Positions 44,565 to 57,336 are shown, counted from the first letter of the stretch. The stretch: DNA of 64,000 nt from Amphiscolops sp. MND2022 (GCA_964187785.1 OZ076409.1:45076001-45140000); one strand, 5' to 3'. Program-made: numbers and translations. The notes: a model not told the origin generated them from the sequence alone.

Positions 44565-47500
44565 ATGTCTTCTTCTCATCGAGTGGACCTTGGTATGCAG
44601 AGTGGCAACGAGACACAGTACGTGTTTTCAGAGGGAGACGTGCATCCAAGTGATGCCGACAATGTTTGTCTGACAGCGGCAGGTGAGTTCATCATTCCCC
44701 GATCCATTAAGCTTTCGTGAATAATACTTTGCATAGTTAGGCCTTTTCCATGTTCGTATATTCACAGCTTAGATTTTCTGACGCGTCGATGATGGGAATG
44801 TGTGTTCTTTTTAGTTCCTGTTACGACTTCCGTCGTCCCTGCGCCAACTGTTCCCCCTGAGAAAGTCTCTGTTGTGGGTGCTGTTGTTTCTGCGTCGCCT
44901 GTACTTCCTGTTGAGGTTCCTGCTGCTACCGTTGTCGCTTCTGATCCGCCTGCTCCTACTCTTGGAAATGCTGATGCATCTGCTGGCGTAGCTGCTTCAT
45001 TGGTTTGTGCTTCTTCTCCCGTTCATCAAGAGGACTCAGATGTGCCTCTTTCTACATTCCTTGCAAGGCCAGCCAACACTGGGTTCATTTCTCCTCGCGA
45101 AGGTGAGGACGTCTGCCCCCCTGCAGAGAAAATGGGAGATGCGGACGGGAAAACCGGTCCAGAGAAAGAAGCTGGCAAGAATTCCAAGACTTCTCCATGT
45201 TTCTCGCGATATTTGCCTGATTTTGCCGCAACCTTTGGCATAGGGGAATCGCCTCCTGTTCAAAGCGAGTTTTTCATAGTTTGTTTTCCTTTTGTGAGTG
45301 GGGGGGTTTCGAAATTTCATGGGAATGAGGTGGCTTTGTGCTATTGGCGTATTTGGAGTTTGCCTGTTCTTATAGGTGCCTCATCCAAACCTGCTGTGTC
45401 CTCTGGGAAGCGACGTCGCACCGTCACTATGTCCACTGTTGCGCAGTCTCAAACTTTCCAGATTGAAAGTAGTGGGGGTGAGGAGTCGCGTGCCGGAGTC
45501 GCCGCTTATACGTCTCAACAAGCTGCTTTGTTCGGTGAAGCTGTTGCCTCTGAGTTGGAGACCCGGACTGTGGAGCCGTTTGTTGCGAGTTAGTAGATCT
45601 TTTTTACCTTATCAGTGTTTGTCTATGTCGTGGCAGATGATAGTGAGTTTTTGAGATAAGTTATCTGTTGTAGGTAGTTCAGTTAGGTTGATTGTCTGTA
45701 TGTTTGTTGTAGAATTTGAAGAGCTAGTGGCACGAGTAGAGACGAGCCTCGAGAATGTCAGTCCGTCACGACGACGATCACGTCCTCAGAATCCGCAGAA
45801 ACGTTTGCGGCGCAGCATGGTTAAAGAGCACCCTGCGTTTGAGCTATTCGTGAGCGGGTCGAGTTCTGGGGTTGAGACTGCTTTCTTCTGCACTATCTGC
45901 CAGCGGGACGTCTCGATTGCGACCAAGGGTATCCGCGAAATTAGCCGACATTTCTCGAGTGATAAACATTGGGCGCTCGATGTAACTTATCGTGTCCATC
46001 AAGGCTTGCAGGTTTACAACAAGTTGCTAGACCCGATGGAATTGAGCGACGCGCAGACGCGGGATTACTTAGCCCGGCCCTTCAAAGAGAAACCCGAAGG
46101 CTTCAGCTTTCCTGAAGACCTCTTGCCGGCTTGTACCCGGGTAGATTCAAGTGTGCCTCTCATTACAATGATAAACTGTCTGGTCGAGCTTCTACGAAGT
46201 GGCGGTGATTACCTTCTGCTGAGGAAATTGTGGGGGCATTTCCGAGCTACGCTGGGCACAGATAGTCCTTTGTACAGTTTGACGTGGAGCCGGGGAGAAT
46301 CTTTGGTGAGTTTTATTATTATATTTCCTTGACAACCGCATTTTCCTGTTTTTTTTCTCTTCCTCTCTTTTTGTTTTTTGAAGTCTTCCTCTTTTGTCGG
46401 GGTTCATCATGGTTGTCTTTGTACTAAGTTGTTTTTGGTATGTTGTAGTCATTGCTGTGCCAAGGCTTGTTCCCTCGTGTTCTCCGTGTGCTGATCGCTC
46501 GGATTGGCGAATTCAAGTGCTACAGTGTTGTCTTCGTGGACCTGAATGGCGGGAAACAGTGTCTTGTGCGGACATGGGAGAAACACGTCATGCTGGAAGT
46601 GTGCGTCGATGTGCAGACGGCAGGCCAGCGCATCCCACTGGCTGAATTGAATTCTCTGTCCTGCATCTTGGGAAGTGTTCCTGGCGGTCAGTTGCCGTTG
46701 TCTGTGGAGGGCGCAAGCCCCTCATTGCTTCGAGTGCTGAGTGATAGTCGTAAAGATGGTCATCAATTTATTCTCAGCCGTAATTTTACTGAGGAAGCTT
46801 TTCTCAGTTGCTATCGGCAGGCCCATCAGGAGGTGTTGGGTATGATGGAAGTCACTGCGATGATCGACTACCTGATGCTGCGCTTGAGAGGTGCTCTGCG
46901 AGAACCTTGGCTCGAAGATGCTGCTGTGCTCCGTCGCTGTGTGGTCGCCGGCCGGGTGTCTTTCAAAGATCTCCGTGATGTCGCCTCTGAGTTGATCCCT
47001 GTGTGGAATTCTGTGAGGGAGTTCGTCCGCTACACAGGGCCCCGCCACATCAAAATCGAAACAGATATGGTTAGTATTCTTGGTTTCTGTTGGCTCATTT
47101 GTGTGATAATTTTCTTTTCCTCCTGTTTCGTTTCTTTCTCTTTTCTTTTTCGGGGGGGGGGGGGGGGGTTGCGAGATCAGAATGGGCGCAAGTGTACCTT
47201 TATTGTTTTGTTGTAGATGAGAGGCACTGACAGTCAGGTTTATTGCGACAATACGAATCGGCTGCGACTGGGACTCCTTGTGCACATGCTCGACCTTTGT
47301 AAGTGGACGTCGTCTTGTCGTCATTCTTTGTGATTGATGGTCGGTATAAGTAATTGTTGTTTAGATCGTAATAATAGTTGTACCTTCAAGAAACAGTTGT
47401 CTGGGCGTGAGGACTACGGTTTTCACTGCTACATGGAGATTTGTCAGTTTGTGTACTGCTTGCTTTCCCGTACCCGTCAGCTTTCTGAGTTGCCTGATCT

Positions 47501-48572
47501 TCACGACTGGGAGGCCTATATGGATGTTACGAAAATTGAAAAATTCAAGAAGATTGACACTACTGACTTTTTATTGAGTCACGATTTCGGAGAAGAATTG
47601 CAGCGAGGGAAGACTGGAGAGATGCAGGAATTTCGTAATCGCTGTCGGGAATTTATGGATCGTTTGGTGGACGTGCTTCTGGAGTCTAGCCTTGTTTCGT
47701 CAGATTTCTTGCAAGGCGTTTATGCTTTTTGCCCTGAACTTTTGCTTGAAGGCGATGATCGTTATATCTTCCGACTGTTCAGTAAGTTGTTGCGTGTCCT
47801 GGAATGCAGCGGCGCTCTAAGCAGTGAGGAGGCCAAGTCTGGTTCGGAAGAGTTTGTGACTTTTGTTGTAGACGCACGACGCCGTCATGCCGATTCTGAG
47901 AGTAGTGCTGAAAAGATTGCAGATGTCGTGAGTTATCTCCTCAATGATTATAGTTTCTTGGCACGGAAGGATTTGTGTCGTATTTTGAAGTTATGTTGCT
48001 TGGTCATTCGTCGTCCCGCTTCCGGATATCCTGACGTAAATATCTCTCTGGAAGGTTGTGTCGTGCCTGCTTCTGTCATTGCTTCCTGTTTACGTGGGGT
48101 GCAGAGTTACGTTCGAGGTCCTGAGTTTAAACTGGGGGCTTTTTTCACACAGCATACCATGGATTGTGTTCGCGATTCTGTTGCTGGGGCCCGAGATTTC
48201 ATGACTGTCGCTTCCAGTTTTGATCCATGGAGTCGTGTTTGTGTGAGTGATCGTGCTGAGTTCGTTCGTCACTACAGCGCACTATTTGAGGCTCACATTG
48301 CCCGCAAGAAAGATGAGTCGTATCAGCGATTTCGAATTGCCAATCAACGTGTACATAGTAGTTCTGTTGGTGTTAATGTATTTCCTACGCCGTCCTGTAG
48401 TCGTTCTGCATGTGGAAGCTCGTCAGCTGTTGGGGGTGTTTCTTGTAAGACGCCCGCTAAACGATCTGTTGTCCAAACGTCAAAAGAAGCAAAGAAGAGT
48501 GAGTCATCTGCCAAGAGTACGAAGAAGGGGTCAAAGAGACAGTCGAGTGGTTCTTCTAGCTCGAAAAAATGA
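44565..48572 (+). CDS. Antisense spliced gene inside the retrotransposon, ~1094 aa, zinc finger, hAT-transposase-like; exons 44565-44682, 44815-45264, 45376-45588, 45713-46305, 46449-47069, 47217-47298, 47365-48572
   Basis: All six introns have GT (one GC) donors and pyrimidine-rich TAG acceptors with consistent phases (1,1,1,0,0,1). The spliced length of 3285 nt is open. CTICQRDVSIATKGIREISRHFSSDKH is a C2H2-type finger of the kind at hAT-like transposase N-termini. Confidence 0.8.
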
Positions 48573-48708
48573 TGGATTTATATTATTGTATTGAACTTTG
48601 TTGGTTTGTTTATGTACTTTCTTTGTTTATTTCTGTTCAAGTAGACATTTGTAGTATTAGTATGGAGTTGTATTTGGAAAAATTGTAGTATGTCTATAAT
48701 TGAAGTTG

Positions 48709-51700
48709 TCAGATCGGTTCGGTCTGGACTCCAGATGATATGTTTTCGTCTTCCGTAGTCGTAGTTATAGCGTCAAGACGTCTGAAGTCAGGCTTAGCGT
48801 TAGGTTTAGGGTTAGGTCTCAAGTTATACTTTGCTATTTTCCTCGGGTTATATCCGACGTTTGTAGGCGGTGATCTTGGGGGAATAGGTGGACTTTCAAC
48901 GGGTGGGGGGCGGCGTATGTATGGATTGTCCCCCGCGTCAGTAGTGAGATTTGAAAAATCCGGAGATGGCGGTGTTACGTCATTCGTGTCTTCAGCTTGA
49001 TTATCGGTTACTTGTTGCGTGATCGTTTCGCCATTTGTGTTCGGCACTTCTTGTGTGACTGTTTGTTGGTTATGTTCTGTACTTTTTGTCATTTCGTGCT
49101 CGTCAATTTGTTAGCCAAAATCCATTTCCCATGATACCGCATACCATTCATTGTGTGAGACTTTGACTTCTGGGTCAGGAAGGTAATTGTCGGCTCGTAC
49201 TGTGACGTCAGGCAAGCGTTGTTCTGGCACGTAAGGTCGTATGCGAATTCTGTGTAGTGTTTGTGTATATCTTGTGCCAATTTTTCGTATTGTGTAGTTG
49301 TTGTTTGAGAGCACTTTGATTACTACATACGGTCCTGTCCAGATGCAATCTTGAAACGCAAACTTTGCCGCTTGATTGTCGGCTTTCGGGTTGAGTATAT
49401 AGCAGTAGTCGTTAATTTTCAATGGAGCTGCGGTCGCTTTGCGGTCGTAGTATTTTTTGTATTTGAGGTAAGATAGCATGATGTTGTCTTTTGCCGTCGC
49501 TCTCACTTCGTCGATTTGTTTTTGGAGTTGTTCTGCTATATCCGAGTGGGGGGTGGTTTTCCACTTTGGCTTGATGCCTAGTTTTAAATCAAGAACGTTG
49601 TAAGGTATACGTCCGTGAAATACTGTAGACGGTTCGCAGCCCAGAGTTTCATGGTATGTTGTATTGTAATTCATCACTGCGATTTGGACATATTTGTGCC
49701 ACATTGAGCGTCGTTCGCCCGTTGATATTTTTAGAGCAGTTTTGATTGAAGCGTGCGTTCTCTCCAAAATTCCGATTGTTTGTGCATGTTTTGTAGCTGC
49801 GTGGCTGATTTGAATCTCGAGTATTTGGGCTATTTCTGTGACGACTTCTGATCGAAATTGTGAGCCCTTGTCTGATAGGATTAGTGTTGGCAAGTATGCA
49901 TGTCTTGTCATAACGTCGACAATGCATCGTCCGATTGTTTTCGCTGTGACATTCTGCGTTGGATATGCAAATAGGTAACGTGAAAATACGTCGATCATCG
50001 TAACGATCTTCTGGTATCCTGCAGAGTTTGGCAAATTTGGTAGTATGTCAATTTCAAGAATGTCCTCCGGACCAAGGACGTGTTCCGTATTGTTGATCAT
50101 TTTCGGTCTGATTTGGCTGTTGTTGATTCGTTTGTATTTGATGCAGTCTTCGCATTGCATTACCCACTGTCTGATCCTCTTTGCTAATCCGGGGTAGTAA
50201 TACTTTGATCGGCATTCTTGGATCATTTTTGTGATTCCTGGGTGCTTTCCCATTTGTCCATGAATTGCTTTCAAGAGTTCTGTGATTAAATGTTCAGGGA
50301 TTAAAATTTGATGGTGAGTGACTTGGCCACATTCCCCGTAGTATTTGCGCATTAGTATTCCATCTTTCACTATTAGTCTGTTCTCGTGGAGTAGGAGACG
50401 TTTAGCTGTCGGATCGGTCTGTAGAAGGTGTTTGTCGTATTCTTCACATATCAGTTTCTTTTTGATTGCTTTGAAAACCAAATTCGAGTCTTGTTCGACT
50501 CTAATGCGTGCGTCTTCTTTTATTGCCCCAAAAGTATAAGATGCTTTATTTATTGGAATTGGGGTGGTTTCTTTGATGGCTAGTTTAATTTTGGGCGTCC
50601 CCTCGTCGCGCGCATTTTGTCTAGCTTGTTCCTTCTGCAATAGGATTTCTTCTTCTGTTTCAATTGTTTCATCCGGAAGGAAGAAAAGTTGTTCCTCATC
50701 CGCGACGTCCGTTGATTGAAGATTCACTTGAATTGGCCTGATTGTAATATCCTCTCTGATTTTTAGCTCAACTCTTTCTTTGGGATTGAGATCAATTCTT
50801 GAGAGGAAATCGGCCGCCGTGTTTTGCGTACCCGCGACGTGCATTATGTGGAAGTTGAATTGTAATACATAATCACATGCATTCCACAGAGTGGGCGGGA
50901 TCGCTTTTGTTTGAAAAAAAACGCGTTACTGATCTGTTGTCGGTCATCACGAGAGTTGGTAGGGTTGTTTCCCATAGAATATGGCTGTATTCGAGGAAGG
51001 CATGATAGATTGCTAGGAATTCCTTGCAATAGATTGACATTTTGATTTGGGCCGGGGAAAACACTTTTGATCCAAATGCGACTGGTGCAAATGTCTTCTT
51101 TTTTGAATTGAGTTTTTTGTCATTGTCCTCTTCAATCATTAATGCATAGCCGGAGGCTCGAAAGCTGGCATCCGTCATTAGGACGTATTGACGTCCTGTG
51201 ATTGGTTGTTTGAGAGCCAATCCGCAGGCTTGCGATAGCGCTGCGTTGATCGCCTTGTAATGGTCGAGTAGTTCTTCAGTGATTTTAATTTGTTTATCTG
51301 CTTTCAGCAGCTCATAGAATCCGAGTAATTTTTCAGATAATCGCGGGATGTAGTTGCGATAATAATTGACAAAGCCGATGTATCTTTGTACTTGTTTCTT
51401 TGATTTCGGAAATCGTATATTTGCTAGGAATTTTTGAATTTTATGATCCTGCGGGGCGATTCCTTGTGGTGTGATCGTTCTTCCAAGGAATTCGACTTCG
51501 GTTACTCCGAAATGGCATTTTTCGATGGTTAATTTGAGTCCCGCTCTTCTGATACATTCAAAAACTGCTCGAATGTTGCGTATCAGTTGCGCCACAGAAT
51601 TGGCCGCTATTCCGATGTCGTCCACGTACTGCGCGCATTGATCGGCTTTGATTACTTTATCCAAGTATTCTCGCATGAAGCTTGAAAATGCCGACAGTGC

Positions 51701-53692
51701 TCTGCTCAGTCCTTGTGCTAGGCGTTTGTAGGCGAACGTTCTGCTTGTAAAGTTGAAAGCTAGCATTTCGATTGATCGTTGGTCTGCCATCTGTAGGCAA
51801 TGATATGCCTGTGAGCAGTCTAATTTGCAAAACAACTTTTTCCCAGCTAGGTGTTGGGCTGCATCTGACAGGGTGCTGACTGGGTGGTTATTGTTGATGT
51901 AATCATCTGAGATTAGTGCGTTTATTTTTCGTAGGTCGACGAGTAGTCGTAACTTGCCATTCGGTTTGCGTTGTGCGAAGATTGGGCTTGCATATTTTGA
52001 GAATGGTAGGGTCGTTATTATGCCGTACCTATGCATTAGTGCTAACTCGACTGTTAGATCTTCTTTCAGGTTGATTGGTACCGGCAAGCTTTGCGTGTAA
52101 ATTGGACGCTCGTCTTTCGGAGTTAGTTTGACTTTGAAGCTATTGTTGATTCCAATGTCAAGGCGATGGCGGGCAAAGATATCATTGTATTCGACTATTG
52201 TTTGCTCGAGTTGCTTCCTGTCGTTGCCTTCAATTTGAGAACCTTCCCATTGAAACATGTCGAGGAACTTTTGTCTTGAATCCTGGTCTTTGGTTGGGTC
52301 TAATTCTTCTCTCTGTTTTAGTTCACGGATTTCCTTCAGGATCCGTCGTTGGATTGGCGTATGTTCTTCTTCGTTTCCCGGATTCTCAGGTGTGGGGAAC
52401 CAGAAATTTTCATCACCTTGTTCAGTTTCGTTGGCTTTCATGAGTTCATTGACGTACATGTGGGTGTCATCAGGATCTTCTAGCAATTTGAGTGCGGCGG
52501 CGTCTACTGGTCGTATTTGTTTCGTGTCCTCGGGTCTGAGGATTTGTAGTTCAGCCAGTTTTGTGTGATTCTTTATTGTATGAGGGAAATCCGTTAAGTT
52601 GGCGATTCGGATGTTGAGCCTTTTATTGTGGGCTGTCGCTAGTGCTGGTGCAACAATGATTGTTGCTGCTTCATCAAATTGTGGTAGTGGTTGTACCGCT
52701 CCAGTGACGTCATGCATGTTTGTGGTTATTACTATTGCGTTCACTGTTGTTGTTTGTTGGGGCGGTAGGGTTTAATTTCCTTCTGCCATTATTTGGAGCG
52801 GTTTCGGGTTGCATTTTTTCATCTCGTCCGTCATGGCTAGCGTTATTTCGACGTGCGGGAAATTGATGGTTCCGTTGGCAGTGTCAATTACTGCTTGGTG
52901 ATTTCTCATGAAGTTCAATCCTATGATAGGGAATGACGTTTTCGATAGGATGACGAAGGTATCTGTGAAGGTATATGTTCCAATATTGAACTGGATGTCC
53001 GCTGTGGCTATTGGTTGCTCTAGTTGGGCGTTTGCGCATTCGATCTTGAAGGGAGGTTGAGGGTATTCTTTTATGACACAACTATCACTGTTCATTTTGA
53101 TTGCGTTGTAGTCTGACCAGGACATGGCATTGATGAACGCGCCTGAGTCGACGAGTCCATCCATTGTTATCTCGCCGAATTCGAGTGGCAAATACAGCAT
53201 TCTCCTTCTATTCTTGAGGACTATGGTGGAATGGAGGGGTATGTATGTTTCCCCATCCTTTTCGGCTACGTACTCCTTGATTGAGTTGAGTGATGTGGGA
53301 AAATCGTCTGTGGACAGAAATGCTGTGGAGGAGTTGTGGTTATCTCCTTCAATCTGTTGTGACGATGGGCGGTCGTCGGGGGCGTTTTCATTTTGTTCTA
53401 ATTGGTTTGCAACGGGGAGTTCTCTGTTGATGAGGGGTAAGTTGGTAGGAAGATTTGCTTGTTTAGGATTGTCCCTGTAGTCTTTATCGTGAGTGTAGGT
53501 TTCTGCTTGTTCAGTTTGTGGATATGGCCTTTTTATAGAAGCGAGTGCTTGTCGTCTTAGCCAGTCTTCTGTTGGTGTGCCATTGCATTCAATCGTTGTG
53601 TTGTTAACATATGTGGTGGGGGGATCCTCGGTTGAATACGCCCTCGCGTCTACTTTTTCCCCAAAACGCAGGCGCGGCGTAATTAGTTTTTT
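48709..53692 (-). pseudogene. pol: Pol (aspartic protease, RT, RNase H, integrase), entered by -1 frameshift and interrupted by two stops and one frameshift
   Basis: LVDSGA (PR), YVDD (RT), TDAS...E...TDN (RH), H..H..CxxC and DDE core (IN). In-frame TAA at 52772-52774 and 49111-49113. Frameshift in the A8 run near 50913-50920, possibly a sequencing error. Confidence 0.92.
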
Positions 53693-55122
53693 GGTTCGGA
53701 GGCAAAGTCGGTTGTTGTCAGCTGGTCTGGGGTGTCCCTTTTTTGTTCCTGTGTAGTGTGGCGCTTGGGACGCGGATCGTTGGCAGCATTGGCTCCATTC
53801 CAACAATTTTCTGTTTTGTGGGGCTTGCCGCACGTGTCGCATTTAAATGGTTTGCCTGAACTGCTGCTGGTTTGGCCATTGTTTCTCTTGGTTTGCATCC
53901 ATTTATCTCTTTTCATTTTCCTACACTCCGCTTTGTAGTGTCCAAATTTGTTGCAGTAGAAGCAATACCCTTTCTTGGTGTTTCGCGTCGTGTTGTCGGC
54001 CTGTTTGGACTCAGTGTTTGGTGGGGCCGGTTCTACATTGTTTAGTGGTACCAGGTTTACTTCATCTGACGCCCCGAGGCCGTTAAGTCTCATTTCCCTT
54101 TCTAGATGCAGTACGATGTCGTTGTGGGGTTTGTCTTCAAGGTACGCTCTATTTAATATTTTCTTTACATGGTCTGGCATTTTTGCATAGATCGCCTTAT
54201 CAATAAATTGTTGGGCTTCAGAGCCGAAGGCTTCTTTGGCGGTTTTTTGAAGTACATCCAGAAATTCGTGGAGTTTCTGGTTCGAGTGATCGAATTTGAG
54301 CGCATCCCATTCGCATCTGGCCTTTGCCATGGACAAATAATCTCCGAAACGTCGTTTGAAAATCGTCATGATTTCATCAAGGGAATCCTTTTTCGTGTCT
54401 CCGATATTACAAAATGCTTGTAAAGCATCTCCTCTGAGGAGGGAGTGGAAGTAGTTTATTTTTTGGATTTCCGTAAGGTGTGGGTACATTTTGATATTAT
54501 TGCGAAAAAGGTCTTCGAAAAGCTCGAATTTTTCCGACTTCCCATCGAAGGTCGGGAATGACGTCGTGAGTGCTTTTGGCATGGGCAGAGTAGTGCCATC
54601 ATTTTTATCTGTTGCAAATAAAGTCCTTGCCGCTACTGGACGTTCTTTTGACGGCGGTTGGCTCTGAGACCTGGCTTTTGTTCTTTTTGGCTGGTTTGTG
54701 GAATCGGTTAGGACTCCTGTCACCATGTTACGACATGCTAACGAGTCGTTTTGAGTTGAACTTATCCTCACTGACTTCGTAGGGGTATAGAAGTTTCTTG
54801 TTTCCTCTTCTACTTCTTCCTCTGTATTCTCCCTAATGGTTCCCCTTGTTTCAGGTTTCAAGAGTTTCAACATTTCCTTCTGAGATTCGACAAGAAGATT
54901 CTTAATCTCTGATGTTATTTCCTCTTTCAAGGAAGCCCTTAAACTTTCTAAGAGGCTGTTCTCAATCCGGGGGGATTTTGAGTTAGAGGGCCCCGCTACC
55001 TCATCGTCCTGGTTTAAGGAACAAGGATTTCCTACTACTATGGGTGAAATTAAGCCTTCACTTACGTTCTCATTGGTGCTTTGCTGACCATTCCTTCTTT
55101 TCTGGCTTCTTGTTGTTGACAT
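53683..55122 (-). CDS. gag: Gag (479 aa from MSTTRSQK) with two CCHC-type zinc knuckles; starts inside the 5' LTR
   Basis: PTFDGKSEKFELFEDLF capsid-like segment; CFYCNKFGHYKAEC and CDTCGKPHKTENC; ATG at 55122. Confidence 0.9.
   Translation of the reverse strand: MSTTRSQKRRNGQQSTNENVSEGLISPIVVGNPCSLNQDDEVAGPSNSKSPRIENSLLESLRASLKEEITSEIKNLLVESQKEMLKLLKPETRGTIRENTEEEVEEETRNFYTPTKSVRISSTQNDSLACRNMVTGVLTDSTNQPKRTKARSQSQPPSKERPVAARTLFATDKNDGTTLPMPKALTTSFPTFDGKSEKFELFEDLFRNNIKMYPHLTEIQKINYFHSLLRGDALQAFCNIGDTKKDSLDEIMTIFKRRFGDYLSMAKARCEWDALKFDHSNQKLHEFLDVLQKTAKEAFGSEAQQFIDKAIYAKMPDHVKKILNRAYLEDKPHNDIVLHLEREMRLNGLGASDEVNLVPLNNVEPAPPNTESKQADNTTRNTKKGYCFYCNKFGHYKAECRKMKRDKWMQTKRNNGQTSSSSGKPFKCDTCGKPHKTENCWNGANAANDPRPKRHTTQEQKRDTPDQLTTTDFASEPKN
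54713..54725 (-). promoter_or_regulatory. Primer-binding site (probably tRNA-Leu)
   Basis: TGGTGACAGGAGT immediately follows the 5' LTR; one mismatch from TGGTGTCAGGAGT, the complement of the tRNA-Leu(CAG) 3' end. Confidence 0.7.
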
Positions 55123-57240
55123 TTTGTAGAAAAGTTTGATCTTGAAGAATTGATTTCTTTCAGATATATTTTCTAACAAGGTAGAACAAGGCAAGAGTTT
55201 GATGAAATTGAAAATTCAACTGAATTGTGCAATTACAAAAGACTGAGTCCCTCAGTTAGCTAAAATCATCGTATATATACCCTCCTAGCATCATTTGATC
55301 ACGAGTTAAGTCCTAATTTCCTTCGAATAATTAGTCATTTCCTGTATTTTCGGTGCAAAAATCATTTTGTTCCCAATTTTACGTCGACATTCCGTCAAAT
55401 TTTAAGACACGGCAAATCTAATCTAGCATTAGTCATCAACCGTAATCTTTTTATTTCAGCTCGGCGTCCTTTTGTTTCCTCCCAAGCAGGAAGTAGATAT
55501 TACTTCAGTCTGTCAAACCGGAAATATTTCCCTGTTTTGCTGCTTTGGTTCGTAAGAAACTGACGCTGAGGTGACGCCGGCATGAACAACTAATGCCTGA
55601 ATTTTGATATTTCGCTCGGGAAAAATGCTATGACTAATGTTTTCAGCTCTGTAATTTCCAATGATGCTAAGAAGGAAATGAAATTAGGATTAAAGAATTA
55701 GCAACAACCTCAAATTAGTTTCAAATTAAATAATTAATGGTTAACAAAATAAAACAACGACACATTGACGCTTGATGGCTTGATAGACTAAATTGTCTAA
55801 TTCAGACTTCTGCCCCAATTTAATAATATTTCAATCACAAATGCTGACTGATATTATTTTAGCATTCATCCGATGAATATACATAACACTCTGTCAACAG
55901 ATTTTAACTTGCACGTAAAATAATATTTCGAACAAAAAGTTTGACGACGTGAGAACGGCACTTTGTGGATTTTCTGAACAAGCAAGAGTTCAAAACCTTT
56001 TATCATCAGATCTTAATCATTACAAAAATGTACAATAGCAACACAAACATTTATTCTGAATTTATGCACATTGGGGTCAAAGCAATGACCATCCTGATTA
56101 GGGGACGACGACGTACCGGCGTCCAATTAAACACAACAAGGTAATAGCACACGCTTTATGTAGTACAAAATACAAACGTATGAAAATATATTTCCAATAC
56201 GAAAACACTATCGATTTACTTTCGTCATGCCCATAAACTGTGACTTTCACCTACATTACACGGGGATTTCCATTTCAACTTAAGTTTTAGAGCAGAATTA
56301 ACCCGGTAAAGGAAATATTTGACGGAAACGTGGCGTAGGTCTTCAAATTCCCTACTAATTGTCTTGTTAAATCACCAAACACTTTAAACGTATTCCTAGC
56401 ACTAATTAGTTTGATTGATATTCATCATAACTTTTGGATGGATTAAAACAACTTGTTTTGATGGAATTTGGACGTACCGTGGACGTACGTATTAGTATTA
56501 GGCCTGGTCCAGAATAGTGGACGTAACGTGGACGCAAATTTGAAGTAAGAATTAGTCCGCGCCTAGAAGACAACACCGTGACGTCACTATGGCGGAAAAT
56601 TGGAATGATTTTAAGTAGTGTCACTAATATAGGCGGTAAATTGGAATGGTTCTCTAGTGAGCGCGGACGGAACGGTGACGTCACACTATATACTTTCAAG
56701 TCTGCTTCTTACCGACATCTAATATACATGTATTCTTTATTTTGTTTACTTAGCGCAGTGCCAACGTCCTAATCCGTACTAATTGCTGTTCAAAGTGCAA
56801 TTAAGCTGCCTTTCTTAGAAAAGGAGTGAATATCTCAATGTGTCATCTCAATGTAGTTTCTATTTTAGATTCAGATAATGTCCTTTTTCCAATGGTGATT
56901 TTGGATATATTTTCATTTAGATCGGTCTATGGTCTTTATTTCACGACGTGTTTTAATTTAGTTTTCAGGTGGCGAATGTTTCTATTTTGGCGCACTAAGG
57001 ACGTCCTACCGGATATGTGTGAAATCATCTTATTTCAAATTAGTTTCTGTTTTCATTTTTGTTTAAACTTTTCGTAAGTTGGACGTTCGTTTTCGTATTC
57101 TTAGTCACAGTTTATTCCAAAGATAAGGTTTTAAAGTTACCAGTTAAAATAAGATTTGGGGAATCTCAGATTGCCTCCGTGACCTCTCCCGATCTTCAGT
57201 CGTCTGCAACCACAAGCCAGACCGGAAGCGGGCTGTGACA
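54726..57240 (-). repeat. 5' LTR (2515 bp)
   Basis: Direct repeat of 41019-43533 at offset 13707, with roughly a dozen substitutions seen by eye and no indels. Confidence 0.96.
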
Positions 57241-57336
57241 GTAGGTCTCAACTTGCTTCAAATGCCATAAATTCCAAGACTTCGATAATTTTAACCTGTC
57301 ATATCTTTAACAAAATCAAATCAAGATCCGACTTAC

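Larger units (their letters stand above)
41019..57240 (-). mobile_element. Full-length Ty3/gypsy LTR retrotransposon, 16,222 bp, with extra genes
   Basis: TG...CA-bounded 2515-bp LTRs; 5-bp TSD GTAGG at 41014-41018 and 57241-57245; gag-PR-RT-RH-IN order on the minus strand. Confidence 0.97.

Noticed and set aside
44802..48572. env gene in the retrotransposon
   Set aside because: The ORFs are antisense to gag-pol. The apparent transmembrane tails of the raw ORFs are translated T-rich introns and disappear on splicing.
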